Positions 22,797 through 35,712 of a DNA stretch of 64,000 bases are shown piece by piece. The notes under the pieces are model-generated. The model saw only the letters and a list, made by a program, of their open reading frames with translations. It ran no database searches and had not been told where the DNA came from. Positions within the stretch are counted from its first letter, which is position 1. Each line of letters starts with the position of its first letter. The stretch lies in assembly GCA_027593175.1 (NCBI GenBank), contig JAQCJI010000004.1:2175-66174 (forward strand). The letters run 5' to 3'. The position numbers and the translations under genes are program-made. This DNA comes from Bacteroidota bacterium. Lineage in GTDB: Bacteria > Bacteroidota > Bacteroidia > Cytophagales > Cyclobacteriaceae.

Positions 22797-23060
22797 ATGG
22801 CTACGATTGAGAGAAATCTTCGAAAAGAAAGAGTTGGAAAAGTTGTCAGCAACAAGATGGATAAGTCCATTACTGTGGCTGTAGAGAGACGTGTAAAGCA
22901 TGCGATCTACGGTAAGTTTGTTGCCAAAACCACCAAATTCATGGTTCATGACGAGAAAAATGAATGCAACCCAGGTGATGTTGTTAAAATCAGTGAAACA
23001 CGTCCGCTGAGCAAAAACAAGCGCTGGAGATTAGTTGAAATTATAGAAAAGGCTAAGTAA
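22797..23060 (+). CDS. rpsQ: 30S ribosomal protein S17
   Basis: [23 protein letters not shown]. Confidence 0.98.
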   Translation: MATIERNLRKERVGKVVSNKMDKSITVAVERRVKHAIYGKFVAKTTKFMVHDEKNECNPGDVVKISETRPLSKNKRWRLVEIIEKAK

Positions 23061-23062
23061 CC

Positions 23063-23431
23063 ATGATACAACAAGAATCCAGACTAAGTGTTGCGGATAA
23101 TTCCGGTGCCAAAGAGGTATTGGTCATCCGCGTGTTGGGAGGAACTAAGAAGCGTTATGCTTCTGTCGGTGATAAAGTAGTTGTTACTGTAAAGTCAGCC
23201 CTATCTTCCAGCACTATGAAAAAAGGCACCGTTTCAAAAGCGGTTATCGTAAGAACGAAAAAAGAAATTCGTCGTAAGGACGGTTCCTACATTCGATTTG
23301 AAGACAATGCTGCCGTATTATTGACTAATAACGATGAGCTTAGAGGAAGCCGTATTTTCGGTCCTGTAGCAAGAGAGCTCAGAGAAAAGCAGTTTATGAA
23401 AATCATTTCTCTGGCCCCTGAAGTACTTTAA
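23063..23431 (+). CDS. rplN: 50S ribosomal protein L14
   Basis: [23 protein letters not shown]. Confidence 0.99.
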   Translation: MIQQESRLSVADNSGAKEVLVIRVLGGTKKRYASVGDKVVVTVKSALSSSTMKKGTVSKAVIVRTKKEIRRKDGSYIRFEDNAAVLLTNNDELRGSRIFGPVARELREKQFMKIISLAPEVL

Positions 23432-23433
23432 TC

Positions 23434-23778
23434 ATGGAAAGAAAATTCAATAAGCAGCCTAAGCTGCACATTAAAACTGGGGATACCGTGAAGGTAATCG
23501 CTGGAGATGACAGGGGGAAAACTGGTAAGGTTCAGTCCATTAATACAGAGAAAAGAAAAGCCATCGTGGAAGGAATAAATATGATTACCAAGCACGTGAA
23601 GCCTACTGCAGCTAAGCCGCAAGGTGGTATCGAAAAGAAAGAAGCAGCGCTTCACATCAGTAACCTGATGCTTGTCGATCCTAAAACAGGCGATGCAACT
23701 CGCACTGGCCGTAAGACTGGTGAGAATGGCAAATTGGTTAGGTATTCAAAGAAAACTGGGGAGGTGATCAATGGCTAA
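23434..23778 (+). CDS. rplX: 50S ribosomal protein L24
   Basis: [20 protein letters not shown]. Confidence 0.98.
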   Translation: MERKFNKQPKLHIKTGDTVKVIAGDDRGKTGKVQSINTEKRKAIVEGINMITKHVKPTAAKPQGGIEKKEAALHISNLMLVDPKTGDATRTGRKTGENGKLVRYSKKTGEVING

Positions 23779-24331
23779 TCCAAGAAAAAAAGATACCTAC
23801 TTAAAGGATCTAATACCTGCGCTGAAGGAGAAGTTTCAGTACTCCTCAGTGATGCAAGTACCTAAGCTAACTAAGATTGTCCTTAATAAGGGTATAGGTG
23901 CAGCAGTAGCAGATAAGAAATTGGTAGATCAAGGAGTTGAAGAACTTTCCTTAATTACCGGCCAGCGTGCTGTAGCCACCATTTCTAAGATAGCGGTCTC
24001 CAACTTTAAGTTGAGAGAAGATATGCCTATTGGTGCAAAGGTGACTTTGAGAGGTGAAAAAATGTATGAATTCCTAGATCGTTTGACTACCGTGGCTTTG
24101 CCTCGAGTACGTGATTTCAAAGGAATCTCATACAAAGGATTTGATGGTCGTGGTAACTATACGCTAGGTGTTACTGAGCAGATCATTTTCCCTGAGATTT
24201 CTATCGAAAAGGTAACTAAGATTACTGGGATGGACATCACTTTCGTAACTAGTGCAGCTACCGATGAAGAAGCTTTCGCTTTGTTAAAAGCTTTGGGTAT
24301 GCCTTTCGTTAACAAAAATAATCCAGAATAA
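23771..24331 (+). CDS. rplE: 50S ribosomal protein L5
   Basis: [22 protein letters not shown]. Confidence 0.99.
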   Translation: MANPRKKDTYLKDLIPALKEKFQYSSVMQVPKLTKIVLNKGIGAAVADKKLVDQGVEELSLITGQRAVATISKIAVSNFKLREDMPIGAKVTLRGEKMYEFLDRLTTVALPRVRDFKGISYKGFDGRGNYTLGVTEQIIFPEISIEKVTKITGMDITFVTSAATDEEAFALLKALGMPFVNKNNPE

Positions 24332-24333
24332 TC

Positions 24334-24603
24334 ATGGCAAAAGAGTCCATCAAAGCTCGCGAGCGAAAAAGAGAACACCTGGTAGCCAAGTATGCCACGA
24401 AAAGAGCTGCGCTAAAAGCTGCAGGCGATTACGAAGCACTAGATAAACTACCAAAGAACTCTTCTCCGGTAAGACTTCACAATAGATGTAAACTAACTGG
24501 TCGTCCGAAAGGATATATGAGAAAGTTTGGTGTCAACAGAGTGACCTTCAGAGAAATGGCTTCAGCAGGTAAAATCCCTGGTCTAACTAAGTCTAGCTGG
24601 TAA
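24334..24603 (+). CDS. rpsN: 30S ribosomal protein S14 (89-aa form without an intact Zn ribbon)
   Basis: [20 protein letters not shown]. Confidence 0.97.
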   Translation: MAKESIKARERKREHLVAKYATKRAALKAAGDYEALDKLPKNSSPVRLHNRCKLTGRPKGYMRKFGVNRVTFREMASAGKIPGLTKSSW

Positions 24604-24640
24604 AACAACGACAGTAATTTTTATTCTAAAAATCAATTCG

Positions 24641-24648
24641 TAACTTTG
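24641..24648 (+). promoter_or_regulatory. Internal promoter -7 box upstream of rpsH
   Basis: TAACTTTG in the 80-bp rpsN-rpsH gap. Confidence 0.55.
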
Positions 24649-24683
24649 CACGCCGAAATTAGGGGTGCTAGACAACAGAAAAT

Positions 24684-25079
24684 ATGACCGATCCAATAGC
24701 TGATTATCTAACACGGTTGAGAAATGCCATCAAGGCTTCTCATCGAATCGTTGAGATACCTGCTTCTAACATTAAGAAGGAGATCACTAAAGTATTGCAT
24801 GATAAAGGATACATTCAAAACTATAAGTTTGACGAAAACGGACCTCAAGGCACCATCAAGATTGCACTGAAGTTTAATCCTAGCACCAAGCTAAATGCAA
24901 TTGTGAGTCTTGAGCGTGTAAGTAAGCCAGGTTTAAGAAAATATGTCAAGCACGACGAGCTACCACGAGTTATCAATGGCTTAGGTATTGCCATCGTCTC
25001 TACCTCTAAAGGAGTGATGACAGACAAAGAAGCCCGTACCGAAGGTATCGGAGGCGAAGTACTTTGTTACGTATATTAA
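24684..25079 (+). CDS. rpsH: 30S ribosomal protein S8
   Basis: [30 protein letters not shown]. Confidence 0.99.
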   Translation: MTDPIADYLTRLRNAIKASHRIVEIPASNIKKEITKVLHDKGYIQNYKFDENGPQGTIKIALKFNPSTKLNAIVSLERVSKPGLRKYVKHDELPRVINGLGIAIVSTSKGVMTDKEARTEGIGGEVLCYVY

Positions 25080-25088
25080 TTTACGATT

Positions 25089-25646
25089 ATGTCTAGAATA
25101 GGTAAAAAACCAATAAATATACCCAGCGGTGTTACTGTAGACGTGTCAGCTCATGGAACTGTCACTGTTAAAGGTACAAAGGGCACCCTGACTCAGGATG
25201 TAAATCCTGATATTCAGGTGAGCGTAGAGGGGCAAGAAGTTATTCTTGTGAGGACCACCGAATCCAAAAGGCACAAATCTTTGCACGGTCTTTACAGATC
25301 ACTCATCAACAATATGGTGATTGGTGTTTCTGAAGGATACAAAAAAGATTTGGAATTGGTCGGTGTAGGTTTCAAAGCCACCAACCAAGGGCAAATACTT
25401 GAGCTTAGCTTGGGCTATTCACACAGTATTTTTATGTCACTTCCAAAAGAAATCTCTTTGGCTACGGATACCCAAAAAGGTAAAAACCCGGTGATCACAC
25501 TAAAAGGGATTGATAAAGAGTTGATCGGTCAAGTGGCTGCAAAAATTCGTTCTCTGCGTAAGAACGAACCTTACAAAGGAAAAGGGGTACGCTTTGTTGG
25601 TGAAAATGTTAGACGTAAGGCTGGTAAAACTGCCAGTAAAAAATAA
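25089..25646 (+). CDS. rplF: 50S ribosomal protein L6
   Basis: MSRIGKKPI, EPYKGKGVR. Confidence 0.99.
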   Translation: MSRIGKKPINIPSGVTVDVSAHGTVTVKGTKGTLTQDVNPDIQVSVEGQEVILVRTTESKRHKSLHGLYRSLINNMVIGVSEGYKKDLELVGVGFKATNQGQILELSLGYSHSIFMSLPKEISLATDTQKGKNPVITLKGIDKELIGQVAAKIRSLRKNEPYKGKGVRFVGENVRRKAGKTASKK

Positions 25647-25652
25647 TAAGTT

Positions 25653-26003
25653 ATGGCATTTAATAAGAGTTCCAGAAGACTTAGAATCAAAAGAGGTATC
25701 CGTAGAAAGATATCAGGTACTGATTCCAGACCACGTCTGTCAGTTTTCAAGAGTAATACAGGCATCTATGCCCAGTTGGTGGATGACCTCAAAGGTCAGA
25801 CCCTTGCACAGGCATCTTCCAAAGAGCTTGGTTCTAAGGCAAATACCAATGTAGCTGTATCTAAAGAAGTAGGTAAGAAACTTGCTGAAAGAGCAGTAGC
25901 AAATGGAGTGTCTGAAGTAGTATTTGACCGAAATGGCTACTTGTATCACGGTAAAGTGAAAGCTTTGGCTGATGGTGCCAGAGAAGGAGGCCTTAAATTC
26001 TAA
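25653..26003 (+). CDS. rplR: 50S ribosomal protein L18
   Basis: [29 protein letters not shown]. Confidence 0.99.
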   Translation: MAFNKSSRRLRIKRGIRRKISGTDSRPRLSVFKSNTGIYAQLVDDLKGQTLAQASSKELGSKANTNVAVSKEVGKKLAERAVANGVSEVVFDRNGYLYHGKVKALADGAREGGLKF

Positions 26004-26008
26004 TCCTT

Positions 26009-26527
26009 ATGTCTCAGATAAAAAGAAAACCCATCAGGGCTACAGATACAGAATTAAAAGAGAAAGTTGTTGCTATCAACCGAGTAGCCAAAGTGGTGAA
26101 AGGGGGTAGAAGATTCTCTTTTTCAGCAATTGTGGTAGTTGGTGACGGCCAAGGTGTAGTTGGTTATGGATTGGGTAAAGCCAATGAAGTAACAGATGCG
26201 ATCACCAAAGGCATTGAAGATGCAAAAAAGAACTTAGTGAAAGTTCCTGTATTGAAAGGCACTATTCCCCACGAGCAAATTGGAAAATTTGGTGGAGGTC
26301 TAGTACTAATCAAACCAGCTGCTGCCGGTACAGGTGTTATTGCTGGCGGTGCGATGCGTGCAGTGCTGGAATCTGCTGGTGTAACAGATGTTTTGGCAAA
26401 GTCTAAAGGCTCATCTAACCCACACAACGTGGTAAAAGCTACCATTGATGCCTTAGTACAATTGCGTGATGCCATCGCGGTATCCCAGCAAAGAGGAGTT
26501 AAAATGGCTAAAGTTTTTAATGGTTAA
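26009..26527 (+). CDS. rpsE: 30S ribosomal protein S5
   Basis: [22 protein letters not shown]. Confidence 0.99.
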   Translation: MSQIKRKPIRATDTELKEKVVAINRVAKVVKGGRRFSFSAIVVVGDGQGVVGYGLGKANEVTDAITKGIEDAKKNLVKVPVLKGTIPHEQIGKFGGGLVLIKPAAAGTGVIAGGAMRAVLESAGVTDVLAKSKGSSNPHNVVKATIDALVQLRDAIAVSQQRGVKMAKVFNG

Positions 26528-26532
26528 GTAAC

Positions 26533-26712
26533 ATGGCAAAGATTAAAATCACGCAGGTAAAAAGCACGATCGATAGACCCAAGGATCAAAAAGCAACAAT
26601 CGTTGCACTTGGATTAGGTCGTATCAGCAAGTCTGTAGTAGTTGAAAAGACTCCTCAGATAGCTGGAATGGTAAATAAAGTGAATCACCTTGTAAAAGTG
26701 GAGGAAGCTTAA
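26533..26712 (+). CDS. rpmD: 50S ribosomal protein L30 (59 aa, missing from the ORF track)
   Basis: Translated by hand: [59 protein letters not shown]. Confidence 0.97.
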   Translation: MAKIKITQVKSTIDRPKDQKATIVALGLGRISKSVVVEKTPQIAGMVNKVNHLVKVEEA

Positions 26713-26714
26713 CT

Positions 26715-27161
26715 ATGAAATTAAATACATTAACTCCAGCTGAAGGTTCAACCAAAAACAGAAAGAGAATTGGCCGTGGTACCGGTTCTGGTAGAGGTGG
26801 AACTTCTACAAGAGGTCACAAAGGTGCAAAGTCTAGATCTGGTTACAAATCTAAGATTGGTTTTGAAGGGGGTCAGATGCCACTTCAAAGGCGTGTACCT
26901 AAGTTTGGCTTCAAGTCCTTCAATAAAATCGAGTTCAAACCAGTAAATTTGGATACCTTGCAATCCCTTTCTGAGCAGTTTAAACTTACTTCTATCTCCT
27001 TGGAAACACTCGTTTCACACGGGTTGGCTTCTAAGAACGATAAAATTAAAATTCTCGGAGGTGGTCAATTGACTTCCAAATTAGATGTGAGCGCCCACCA
27101 GTTTTCGGCTTCAGCTGTAGCTGCAGTAGAAGCATTGGGAGGCACAGTAACAAAGCTTTAA
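26715..27161 (+). CDS. rplO: 50S ribosomal protein L15
   Basis: RIGRGTGSGRG, FEGGQMPLQRRVPKFGF. Confidence 0.99.
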   Translation: MKLNTLTPAEGSTKNRKRIGRGTGSGRGGTSTRGHKGAKSRSGYKSKIGFEGGQMPLQRRVPKFGFKSFNKIEFKPVNLDTLQSLSEQFKLTSISLETLVSHGLASKNDKIKILGGGQLTSKLDVSAHQFSASAVAAVEALGGTVTKL

Positions 27162-27165
27162 TTAA

Positions 27166-28488
27166 ATGAAAAAGTTTATTTCGACAGTAAGGAATATTTT
27201 CTCAATCGAAGATTTGAGAGTGAGGATTGTAAATACGATCGGTTTCCTCATTATCTTTAGATTAGGATCATTTGTAGTACTTCCTGGTGTAGATCCTTCC
27301 AAATTGGATTCTGCTCCAATTGGAATTTTCGGCTTAATTGATACTTTTCTTGGTGGTGCATTTAGTAATGCGTCCATTTTCGGTTTGGGGATCATGCCCT
27401 ACATTTCTGCTTCCATCGTGTTGCAGTTGCTCACTGTCGGGGTGCCTTATTTTCAAAAAATGCAAAAGGACGGTGAGTCTGGGAGAAAGAGAATCAATCA
27501 AATCACACGTGTTCTTACTATCGTCATTACTATCGCACAAGGAATAGGATATATTACAGCAACCATCCTGCCTACCGGAGCCGTAATGATTGGTACCTCT
27601 CTTTTTATGTTTAGTTCCCTAGTATTGCTATCTGCCGGCACAATGTTCTGCATGTGGTTGGGAGAAAAAATTACTGAAAAAGGAATTGGCAACGGTATTT
27701 CCATGTTGATCATGATCGGGATTATTTCTCGATTCCCAGGAGCGATAATTGCGGAAGGTCTTGCGAAAGGGTCCTCTGGAATGTTACTTTTAATCATTGA
27801 AGCCTTAATATTATTTTTTGTGGTAGTTGGTGTGATCGCATTGATCGAAGCAACTCGTCGCATCCCAGTACAGTACGCCAAACAAGTAGTAGGCGGTAAG
27901 GTATATGGAGGCCAGCGTCAGTATATTCCTATCAAGGTAAATGCCTCTGGTGTAATGCCAATCATATTCGCCCAGTCCTTGATGTTTCTTCCTGCCATGA
28001 TTGCTCAAATTTGGGCTGGAGAAAGTGACATTGCCAATTATATTGGTACCACCTTCTCAGATTTTACTTCTTGGCAGTACAATTTGTTGTTTGCTACCTT
28101 GATCATAGTATTTACATTCTTCTACACTGCAATCACTGTAAACCCAGATCAAATTGCTGAAGATATGAAGCGCAATGGTGGGTTCGTACCGGGTGTAAAG
28201 CCAGGTGCTCCAACAGGTGAATTTATTGATGGTATCATTTCCAAAATAACCTTACCAGGTTCTATCCTTTTAGCAGCTATTGCAATCCTACCAGCCTTAG
28301 CAATCGTTGCTGGGGTAGGTGGTGAGTTCGCCCAGTTCTTCGGGGGAACATCTCTTTTGATAATGGTAGGTGTAATCATGGATACCCTTCGTCAAATCGA
28401 AAGTTATTTATTGATGAGGCATTATGAAGGAATGATGAAGAGTGGAAATATGAAAGGAAATCCTTCGGATTATCAGGTGGCTTCCTAA
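27166..28488 (+). CDS. secY: Preprotein translocase subunit SecY
   Basis: LGIMPYISASIVLQLL, GIGNGIS, PGVKPG, GGTSLLI. Confidence 0.99.
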   Translation: MKKFISTVRNIFSIEDLRVRIVNTIGFLIIFRLGSFVVLPGVDPSKLDSAPIGIFGLIDTFLGGAFSNASIFGLGIMPYISASIVLQLLTVGVPYFQKMQKDGESGRKRINQITRVLTIVITIAQGIGYITATILPTGAVMIGTSLFMFSSLVLLSAGTMFCMWLGEKITEKGIGNGISMLIMIGIISRFPGAIIAEGLAKGSSGMLLLIIEALILFFVVVGVIALIEATRRIPVQYAKQVVGGKVYGGQRQYIPIKVNASGVMPIIFAQSLMFLPAMIAQIWAGESDIANYIGTTFSDFTSWQYNLLFATLIIVFTFFYTAITVNPDQIAEDMKRNGGFVPGVKPGAPTGEFIDGIISKITLPGSILLAAIAILPALAIVAGVGGEFAQFFGGTSLLIMVGVIMDTLRQIESYLLMRHYEGMMKSGNMKGNPSDYQVAS

Positions 28489-29261
28489 TGATTCATTACA
28501 AAACTTCGGAAGAAGTTAAAAAGATTAAACAGAGTGCCGACATCCTTGGAAGAGCTCATGGAGAAATCGCCAAGTATGTCAAGAAAGGAGTAAAGACTTC
28601 TTTCTTAGACAAAATTGCTGAAGAGTTTATTAGGGATCACGGAGCAGTACCTTCTTTTAAGGGCTATAACGGTTTCCCTGGCTCGCTGTGTATATCCATT
28701 AACGAAGTAGTAGTTCATGGATTTCCAAGCGAGTATGAATTGAAAGATGGCGATATAATCTCAGTAGATTGTGGAGTCTTTCACCTAGGTTTTCATAGCG
28801 ATTCCGCTTATACATACCCCATAGGTGAAGTACCCCCTTCTGTCTTAGAATTACTTAGTGCCACTAAAGATTCACTCTATTTGGGGATTGAACAGGCTGT
28901 TTTTGGAAACCGTGTAGGCGATATAGGCCATGCGGTCCAAAAGTTTGTAGAAGCGAAAGGCTACACCGTAGTTCGAGAGTTAGTCGGACATGGTTTAGGC
29001 CGGAATTTACATGAGGCTCCTGAAGTACCCAATTATGGCAAGAAAGGCAGTGGCCCCTTGTTAAAACAAGGAATGGTGATTGCAATTGAACCCATGATTA
29101 ATCTTGGAACACGAAATATTGTCCAAGAGAAAGACGGATGGACGATCCGAACTGCAGATCGGAAACCATCTGCACATTATGAGCATACAGTTGCAATATT
29201 TGAAGATAGAACAGAAGTGTTAACTACGCATAAGTACATAGAAGAGAACTTTAAATTCTAA
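28488..29261 (+). CDS. map: Methionine aminopeptidase type I
   Basis: VVHGFP, DCG..FHSDSA, GHGLG..LHE, EPMIN, SAHYEHT; TAATG overlap with secY. Confidence 0.97.
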   Translation: MIHYKTSEEVKKIKQSADILGRAHGEIAKYVKKGVKTSFLDKIAEEFIRDHGAVPSFKGYNGFPGSLCISINEVVVHGFPSEYELKDGDIISVDCGVFHLGFHSDSAYTYPIGEVPPSVLELLSATKDSLYLGIEQAVFGNRVGDIGHAVQKFVEAKGYTVVRELVGHGLGRNLHEAPEVPNYGKKGSGPLLKQGMVIAIEPMINLGTRNIVQEKDGWTIRTADRKPSAHYEHTVAIFEDRTEVLTTHKYIEENFKF

Positions 29262-29262
29262 T

Positions 29263-29481
29263 ATGGCCAAACAAACGTCAATCGAGCAAGACGGCACCAT
29301 TGTGGAAGCCTTGTCTAATGCCATGTTCAAAGTAGAACTTGAAAATGGACATCAGTTGATTGCTCATATTTCCGGAAAGATGCGAATGAATTACATCAAA
29401 ATCCTTCCCGGGGATAAGGTCAAATTAGAGCTATCTCCCTATGATTTATCTAAAGGCAGAATAGTATATCGATATAAATAG
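29263..29481 (+). CDS. infA: Translation initiation factor IF-1
   Basis: [28 protein letters not shown]. Confidence 0.99.
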   Translation: MAKQTSIEQDGTIVEALSNAMFKVELENGHQLIAHISGKMRMNYIKILPGDKVKLELSPYDLSKGRIVYRYK

Positions 29482-29574
29482 ACTGACATGAAATCGCGCA
29501 AGAAGACTTAACCTCCGGGAATTAGTTCTTTGTCAGCGAGATTCCATATGGCCGAAAAGTAAAACAAAAAGCAT

Positions 29575-29691
29575 ATGAAAGTAAGGGCATCTATTAAGAA
29601 GAGAAGTGCTGACTGTAAGTTGATCAGAAGAAAGGGAAAACTTTACGTCATCAACAAGAAAAATCCTAAGTATAAACAAAGACAAGGTTAA
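29575..29691 (+). CDS. rpmJ: 50S ribosomal protein L36 (38 aa, non-Zn-ribbon type; missing from the ORF track)
   Basis: Translated by hand: [38 protein letters not shown]. Confidence 0.97.
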   Translation: MKVRASIKKRSADCKLIRRKGKLYVINKKNPKYKQRQG

Positions 29692-29693
29692 TC

Positions 29694-30071
29694 ATGGCTA
29701 GAATTGCAGGTGTAGACATACCAGACAATAAGCGCGGCGAAATTGGACTTACTTACATCTTCGGAATAGGAAGAAGTTCAGCCAAAGCTATCCTAAGCAA
29801 GGCAGGTATCTCTTTAGATAAAAAAGCCGGGGAGTGGAACGACGAGGAATCCACCGCTATCCGTAACATCATCGCTGAAGAATTCAGAACCGAGGGTGCG
29901 TTAAAATCGGAAATCCAATTAAACATCAAGCGTCTGATGGATATCGGATGTTATAGAGGTTTGAGACACAGAAAAGGGCTTCCAGTACGGGGACAGGGCA
30001 CTAAAAACAATGCCAGAACCAGAAAAGGTAAGCGTAAGACTGTTGCTAACAAAAAGAAGGCAACTAAATAA
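29694..30071 (+). CDS. rpsM: 30S ribosomal protein S13
   Basis: [23 protein letters not shown]. Confidence 0.99.
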   Translation: MARIAGVDIPDNKRGEIGLTYIFGIGRSSAKAILSKAGISLDKKAGEWNDEESTAIRNIIAEEFRTEGALKSEIQLNIKRLMDIGCYRGLRHRKGLPVRGQGTKNNARTRKGKRKTVANKKKATK

Positions 30072-30086
30072 AATCTGATTTAGATT

Positions 30087-30485
30087 ATGGCTCAGAAAAG
30101 AAACGATAAAGCAAAGGGTAAGAAAAGAGTAGTTAAGGTAGAAGCTGTAGGGCAAGCGCACATCAAGGCGTCCTTCAACAATATCATCATCTCTATCACC
30201 AATATCTCAGGTCAAGTGATCTCATGGGCTTCTGCCGGTAAAATGGGTTTCAGAGGATCAAAGAAGAATACTCCTTACGCTGCACAGATGGCCGCACAAA
30301 ATTGTGGTCAAGCAGCTTACGAACTAGGTTTGAGAAAAATCGAAGTGTTCGTTAAAGGTCCAGGCGCAGGTCGTGAATCAGCGATCAGAACCTTGCAAAA
30401 TGTAGGTCTAGATGTTACGACTATCATTGACGTAACTCCTATGCCACACAACGGTTGTCGTCCACCTAAGCGTAGAAGAGTTTAA
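30087..30485 (+). CDS. rpsK: 30S ribosomal protein S11
   Basis: [25 protein letters not shown]. Confidence 0.99.
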   Translation: MAQKRNDKAKGKKRVVKVEAVGQAHIKASFNNIIISITNISGQVISWASAGKMGFRGSKKNTPYAAQMAAQNCGQAAYELGLRKIEVFVKGPGAGRESAIRTLQNVGLDVTTIIDVTPMPHNGCRPPKRRRV

Positions 30486-30503
30486 CTTTAAAAAAGTAAT
30501 AGC

Positions 30504-31109
30504 ATGGCAAGATATACAGGTCCTAAAGCAAAAATCTCCAGAAGATTTGGAGAAGCGATTGAAGGGCATAGCAAGGCACTTCAAAAGAAAAACTACCCTC
30601 CAGGAATGCATGGTCGTGGTAGGAGAAAGAAGCAGTCAGAATATGCTGTTCAGCTTTCAGAGAAGCAAAAAGCAAAATACATCTACGGAGTGTTGGAAAG
30701 ACAGTTCGCTAAGATGTTTGATATTGCTTCTAGAAAATCAGGTATTACAGGTGAGAACCTCCTTCAGCTTCTAGAAGCTCGTTTGGATAACACCGTTTAC
30801 CGTTTGGGAATTTCACCAACCCGTCGTGGAGCGAGACAACTTGTATCACACAAGCATGTCTTGGTCAACGGTGAATTGGTAAACATTCCTTCTTATACAC
30901 TTAAGCCAGGTGATGTTGTTTCCGTAAGAGAGCGTTCTAAGTCTCTTGAAGCGATTACAAACAGTCTGGCAGGAAGAGGGACATCTAGGTACTCCTGGTT
31001 AGAATGGGATAATGCCTCCATGTCTGGAAAGTTCGTGACTGTTCCTGGTAGAGATGATATTCCTGAGAATATCAAAGTCCAGCTCATTGTCGAACTTTAC
31101 TCTAAATAA
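30504..31109 (+). CDS. rpsD: 30S ribosomal protein S4
   Basis: MARYTGP, LEARLDN, IVELYSK. Confidence 0.99.
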   Translation: MARYTGPKAKISRRFGEAIEGHSKALQKKNYPPGMHGRGRRKKQSEYAVQLSEKQKAKYIYGVLERQFAKMFDIASRKSGITGENLLQLLEARLDNTVYRLGISPTRRGARQLVSHKHVLVNGELVNIPSYTLKPGDVVSVRERSKSLEAITNSLAGRGTSRYSWLEWDNASMSGKFVTVPGRDDIPENIKVQLIVELYSK

Positions 31110-31145
31110 TATTTTACTATTTCCAGCTAAACTAGAACGAAATAT

Positions 31146-32135
31146 ATGTCCATACTAGCATTTCAAATGCCCGAAAAAGTGGTAATGGAAAAAGCCGATG
31201 ATTTTCATGGCTTATTCACATTCAAACCGCTTGAAAAAGGCTATGGAGTTACAATAGGTAACGCCCTAAGAAGAATTCTACTTTCTTCTTTGGAGGGATA
31301 CGCTATCACTTCCATAAAGATTCCAGGAGTTGTTCATGAATTCTCTACCTTCGAAGGTGTAGTAGAGGATGTAACAGACATCATTTTGAATTTAAAGCAG
31401 GTTCGATTCAAGAAAGTGCACGACGCATTTGACGGAAAAATAGCTGTAGAAATCAAAAATCAGTCTGTTTTTACAGCAGGAGATATAGCTAAGTTTACTT
31501 CTTCCTTCGAAATATTGAATCCGGAGTTGGTTATTTGTCACATGGACCAAGCCAAAAACTTCGAGGTTGAAATCACCATCGAAAAAGGAAGGGGATATTT
31601 ACCTGCTGAAGAATCCAAGCCTAAAGATCAGGTTTTTGGACAAATTGCAATTGATGCCATCTTTACACCAATCAAAAATGTAAAGTATAGTGTTGAAAAT
31701 ACCCGAGTAGAGCAGAAGACAGACTTTGAAAAATTGATTTTAGAAGTGAATACCGATGGATCAATTCATCCAGAGAAAGCACTTCAGGAAGCTGCAAAGA
31801 TTCTAATTCAGCACTTTATGCTCTTCTCTGATCAAACTATGGTTCTTGACTCTTCTGGAGTTGCTGAACCAGAGCCTATCGATGAGGAATTCCTTCACAT
31901 GCGCAAGCTTCTCAAAACTTCATTAGGGGATCTCGACCTTTCTGTTCGTGCCTTTAATTGCTTGAAAGCTGCTGATGTAAGAACACTAGGTGATCTTGCT
32001 CGACTTGAAATTTCAGATATGATGAAATTCCGAAACTTTGGTAAAAAATCTTTAGCCGAATTGGAGCAGTTAATTCAGGAGAAAGGTCTAACCTTTGGTA
32101 CGGACATTTCTAAGTACAAACTTGATGAAGAATAA
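31146..32135 (+). CDS. rpoA: RNA polymerase alpha subunit
   Basis: [39 protein letters not shown]. Confidence 0.99.
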   Translation: MSILAFQMPEKVVMEKADDFHGLFTFKPLEKGYGVTIGNALRRILLSSLEGYAITSIKIPGVVHEFSTFEGVVEDVTDIILNLKQVRFKKVHDAFDGKIAVEIKNQSVFTAGDIAKFTSSFEILNPELVICHMDQAKNFEVEITIEKGRGYLPAEESKPKDQVFGQIAIDAIFTPIKNVKYSVENTRVEQKTDFEKLILEVNTDGSIHPEKALQEAAKILIQHFMLFSDQTMVLDSSGVAEPEPIDEEFLHMRKLLKTSLGDLDLSVRAFNCLKAADVRTLGDLARLEISDMMKFRNFGKKSLAELEQLIQEKGLTFGTDISKYKLDEE

Positions 32136-32141
32136 TTAACA

Positions 32142-32813
32142 ATGAGACACGGTAAGAAAATTAACCACCTTGGTAGAACTGCTTCACACAGAAAAGCAAT
32201 GCTCTCCAATATGGCAGATTCCCTGATTCTTCACAAGCGTATATCTACTACGCTTGCTAAAGCGAAAGAATTGAAGAAGTTTGTTGAACCTCTGGTAACC
32301 AGAGCAAAAGAGGATACCACGCACAATAGAAGAATTGCTTTCTCCTACCTAAAAAGCAAAGAGGCGATCAAGACCCTTTTTGGTGAGGTAAGCGAGAAAG
32401 TAGGTACTCGCCCAGGAGGATATACCCGAATTATCAAAACCGGGTTCCGTTTGGGTGATAATGCTGAAATGTGCATCATCGAACTAGTTGACTTCAATGA
32501 GTTGATGTTGAAGGATGCTGCCCCTGCTAAGAAGACCACCAGAAGATCTAGAAGATCTACTGGTGTAGTAACTACAGCTGCTACCGCATCTGTGGTAGAA
32601 GAGTTTGTAGCCCCTGCTGCAGTTGAAGCGGTAGAAGAAGCTCCTGTAGTGGATGAAGTAGAAGAAACTGAAGCTCCTGTAGTGGATGAAGTAGAAGAAG
32701 CTTCTGTAGTGGATGAAGTAGAAGAAACTGAAGACGCTCCCATTGCAGAATCTTCTTCTCAAGAGGCGGCAGCACCTGAGGCTTCCGAAGAAAGCGAAAC
32801 TGAAGAAAAATAA
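32142..32813 (+). CDS. rplQ: 50S ribosomal protein L17 with long acidic C-terminal extension
   Basis: [33 protein letters not shown], then a ~85-aa Glu/Ala/Val-rich tail. Confidence 0.97.
   Translation: MRHGKKINHLGRTASHRKAMLSNMADSLILHKRISTTLAKAKELKKFVEPLVTRAKEDTTHNRRIAFSYLKSKEAIKTLFGEVSEKVGTRPGGYTRIIKTGFRLGDNAEMCIIELVDFNELMLKDAAPAKKTTRRSRRSTGVVTTAATASVVEEFVAPAAVEAVEEAPVVDEVEETEAPVVDEVEEASVVDEVEETEDAPIAESSSQEAAAPEASEESETEEK
32631..32733 (+). repeat. In-frame tandem repeat (27/33-bp units, 3 copies) inside rplQ
   Basis: GAAGCT(C/T)CTGTAGTGGATGAAGTAGAA(GAAACT) x3, encoding EA(P/S)VVDEVE(ET). Confidence 0.9.
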
Positions 32814-32834
32814 ATTGAAAGTAATTTCACATTT

Positions 32835-32867
32835 AAAAGGATTGGACGTCGTTCAATCCTTTTTTTT
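32835..32867 (+). terminator. Intrinsic terminator after rplQ
   Basis: AAAAGGATTGGAC-gtc-GTTCAATCC followed by a T8 run. Confidence 0.8.
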
Positions 32868-32903
32868 ATTTCCTAGCCTCATCTCACCCTTCCCAAGTTT
32901 TAT

Positions 32904-32911
32904 TAACTTTG
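32904..32911 (+). promoter_or_regulatory. -7 promoter box for carA-eno
   Basis: TAACTTTG 16 nt upstream of the carA ATG. Confidence 0.55.
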
Positions 32912-32927
32912 GGCAACTTTCAAGGAA

Positions 32928-35331
<2,404 letters not shown>

Positions 35332-35353
35332 TTTTCCTTCTGAAATTCAAATG

Positions 35354-35386
35354 GACAGCCCCAAATATTTAGAGCTGTCTTTTTTT
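35354..35386 (+). terminator. Intrinsic terminator after eno
   Basis: GACAGC...GCTGTC stem followed by a T7 run. Confidence 0.65.
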
Positions 35387-35424
35387 GCATGATTTTTGTA
35401 CCTTAGTTATTCCAACCTAGCATC

Positions 35425-35712
35425 ATGAAAAAAGTCCTTAAATACAGCAGTAACTTTTACGTTTTGGCGACCCTATCTTTTTTGGTTTGGATGTTCTTTA
35501 TTGATTCGAATGGTATTCCTACGCAGTGGAGGCTCACCAAACAGCTTTGGGACTTAGAGAGTCAAAAAGAATACTACAAGCAGAAAAAAATCCAAATCCG
35601 GCAAGAGCGTAAGGAGCTATTTGGCAATCCTGAATTATTGGAAAAGTTTGCCCGAGAGAAATACCTCATGAAGAAGCCGACAGAAGATCTATATGTTGTG
35701 GTTGAAAAATAA
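35425..35712 (+). CDS. ftsB: FtsB/DivIC-like septum formation initiator
   Basis: N-terminal TM, coiled coil, LEKFAREKYLMKK..E motif; downstream of eno. Confidence 0.85.
   Translation: MKKVLKYSSNFYVLATLSFLVWMFFIDSNGIPTQWRLTKQLWDLESQKEYYKQKKIQIRQERKELFGNPELLEKFAREKYLMKKPTEDLYVVVEK

Noticed and set aside
32631-32733. CRISPR-like array
   Set aside because: The repeats are in-frame within rplQ, lack unique spacers, and no cas genes are nearby.
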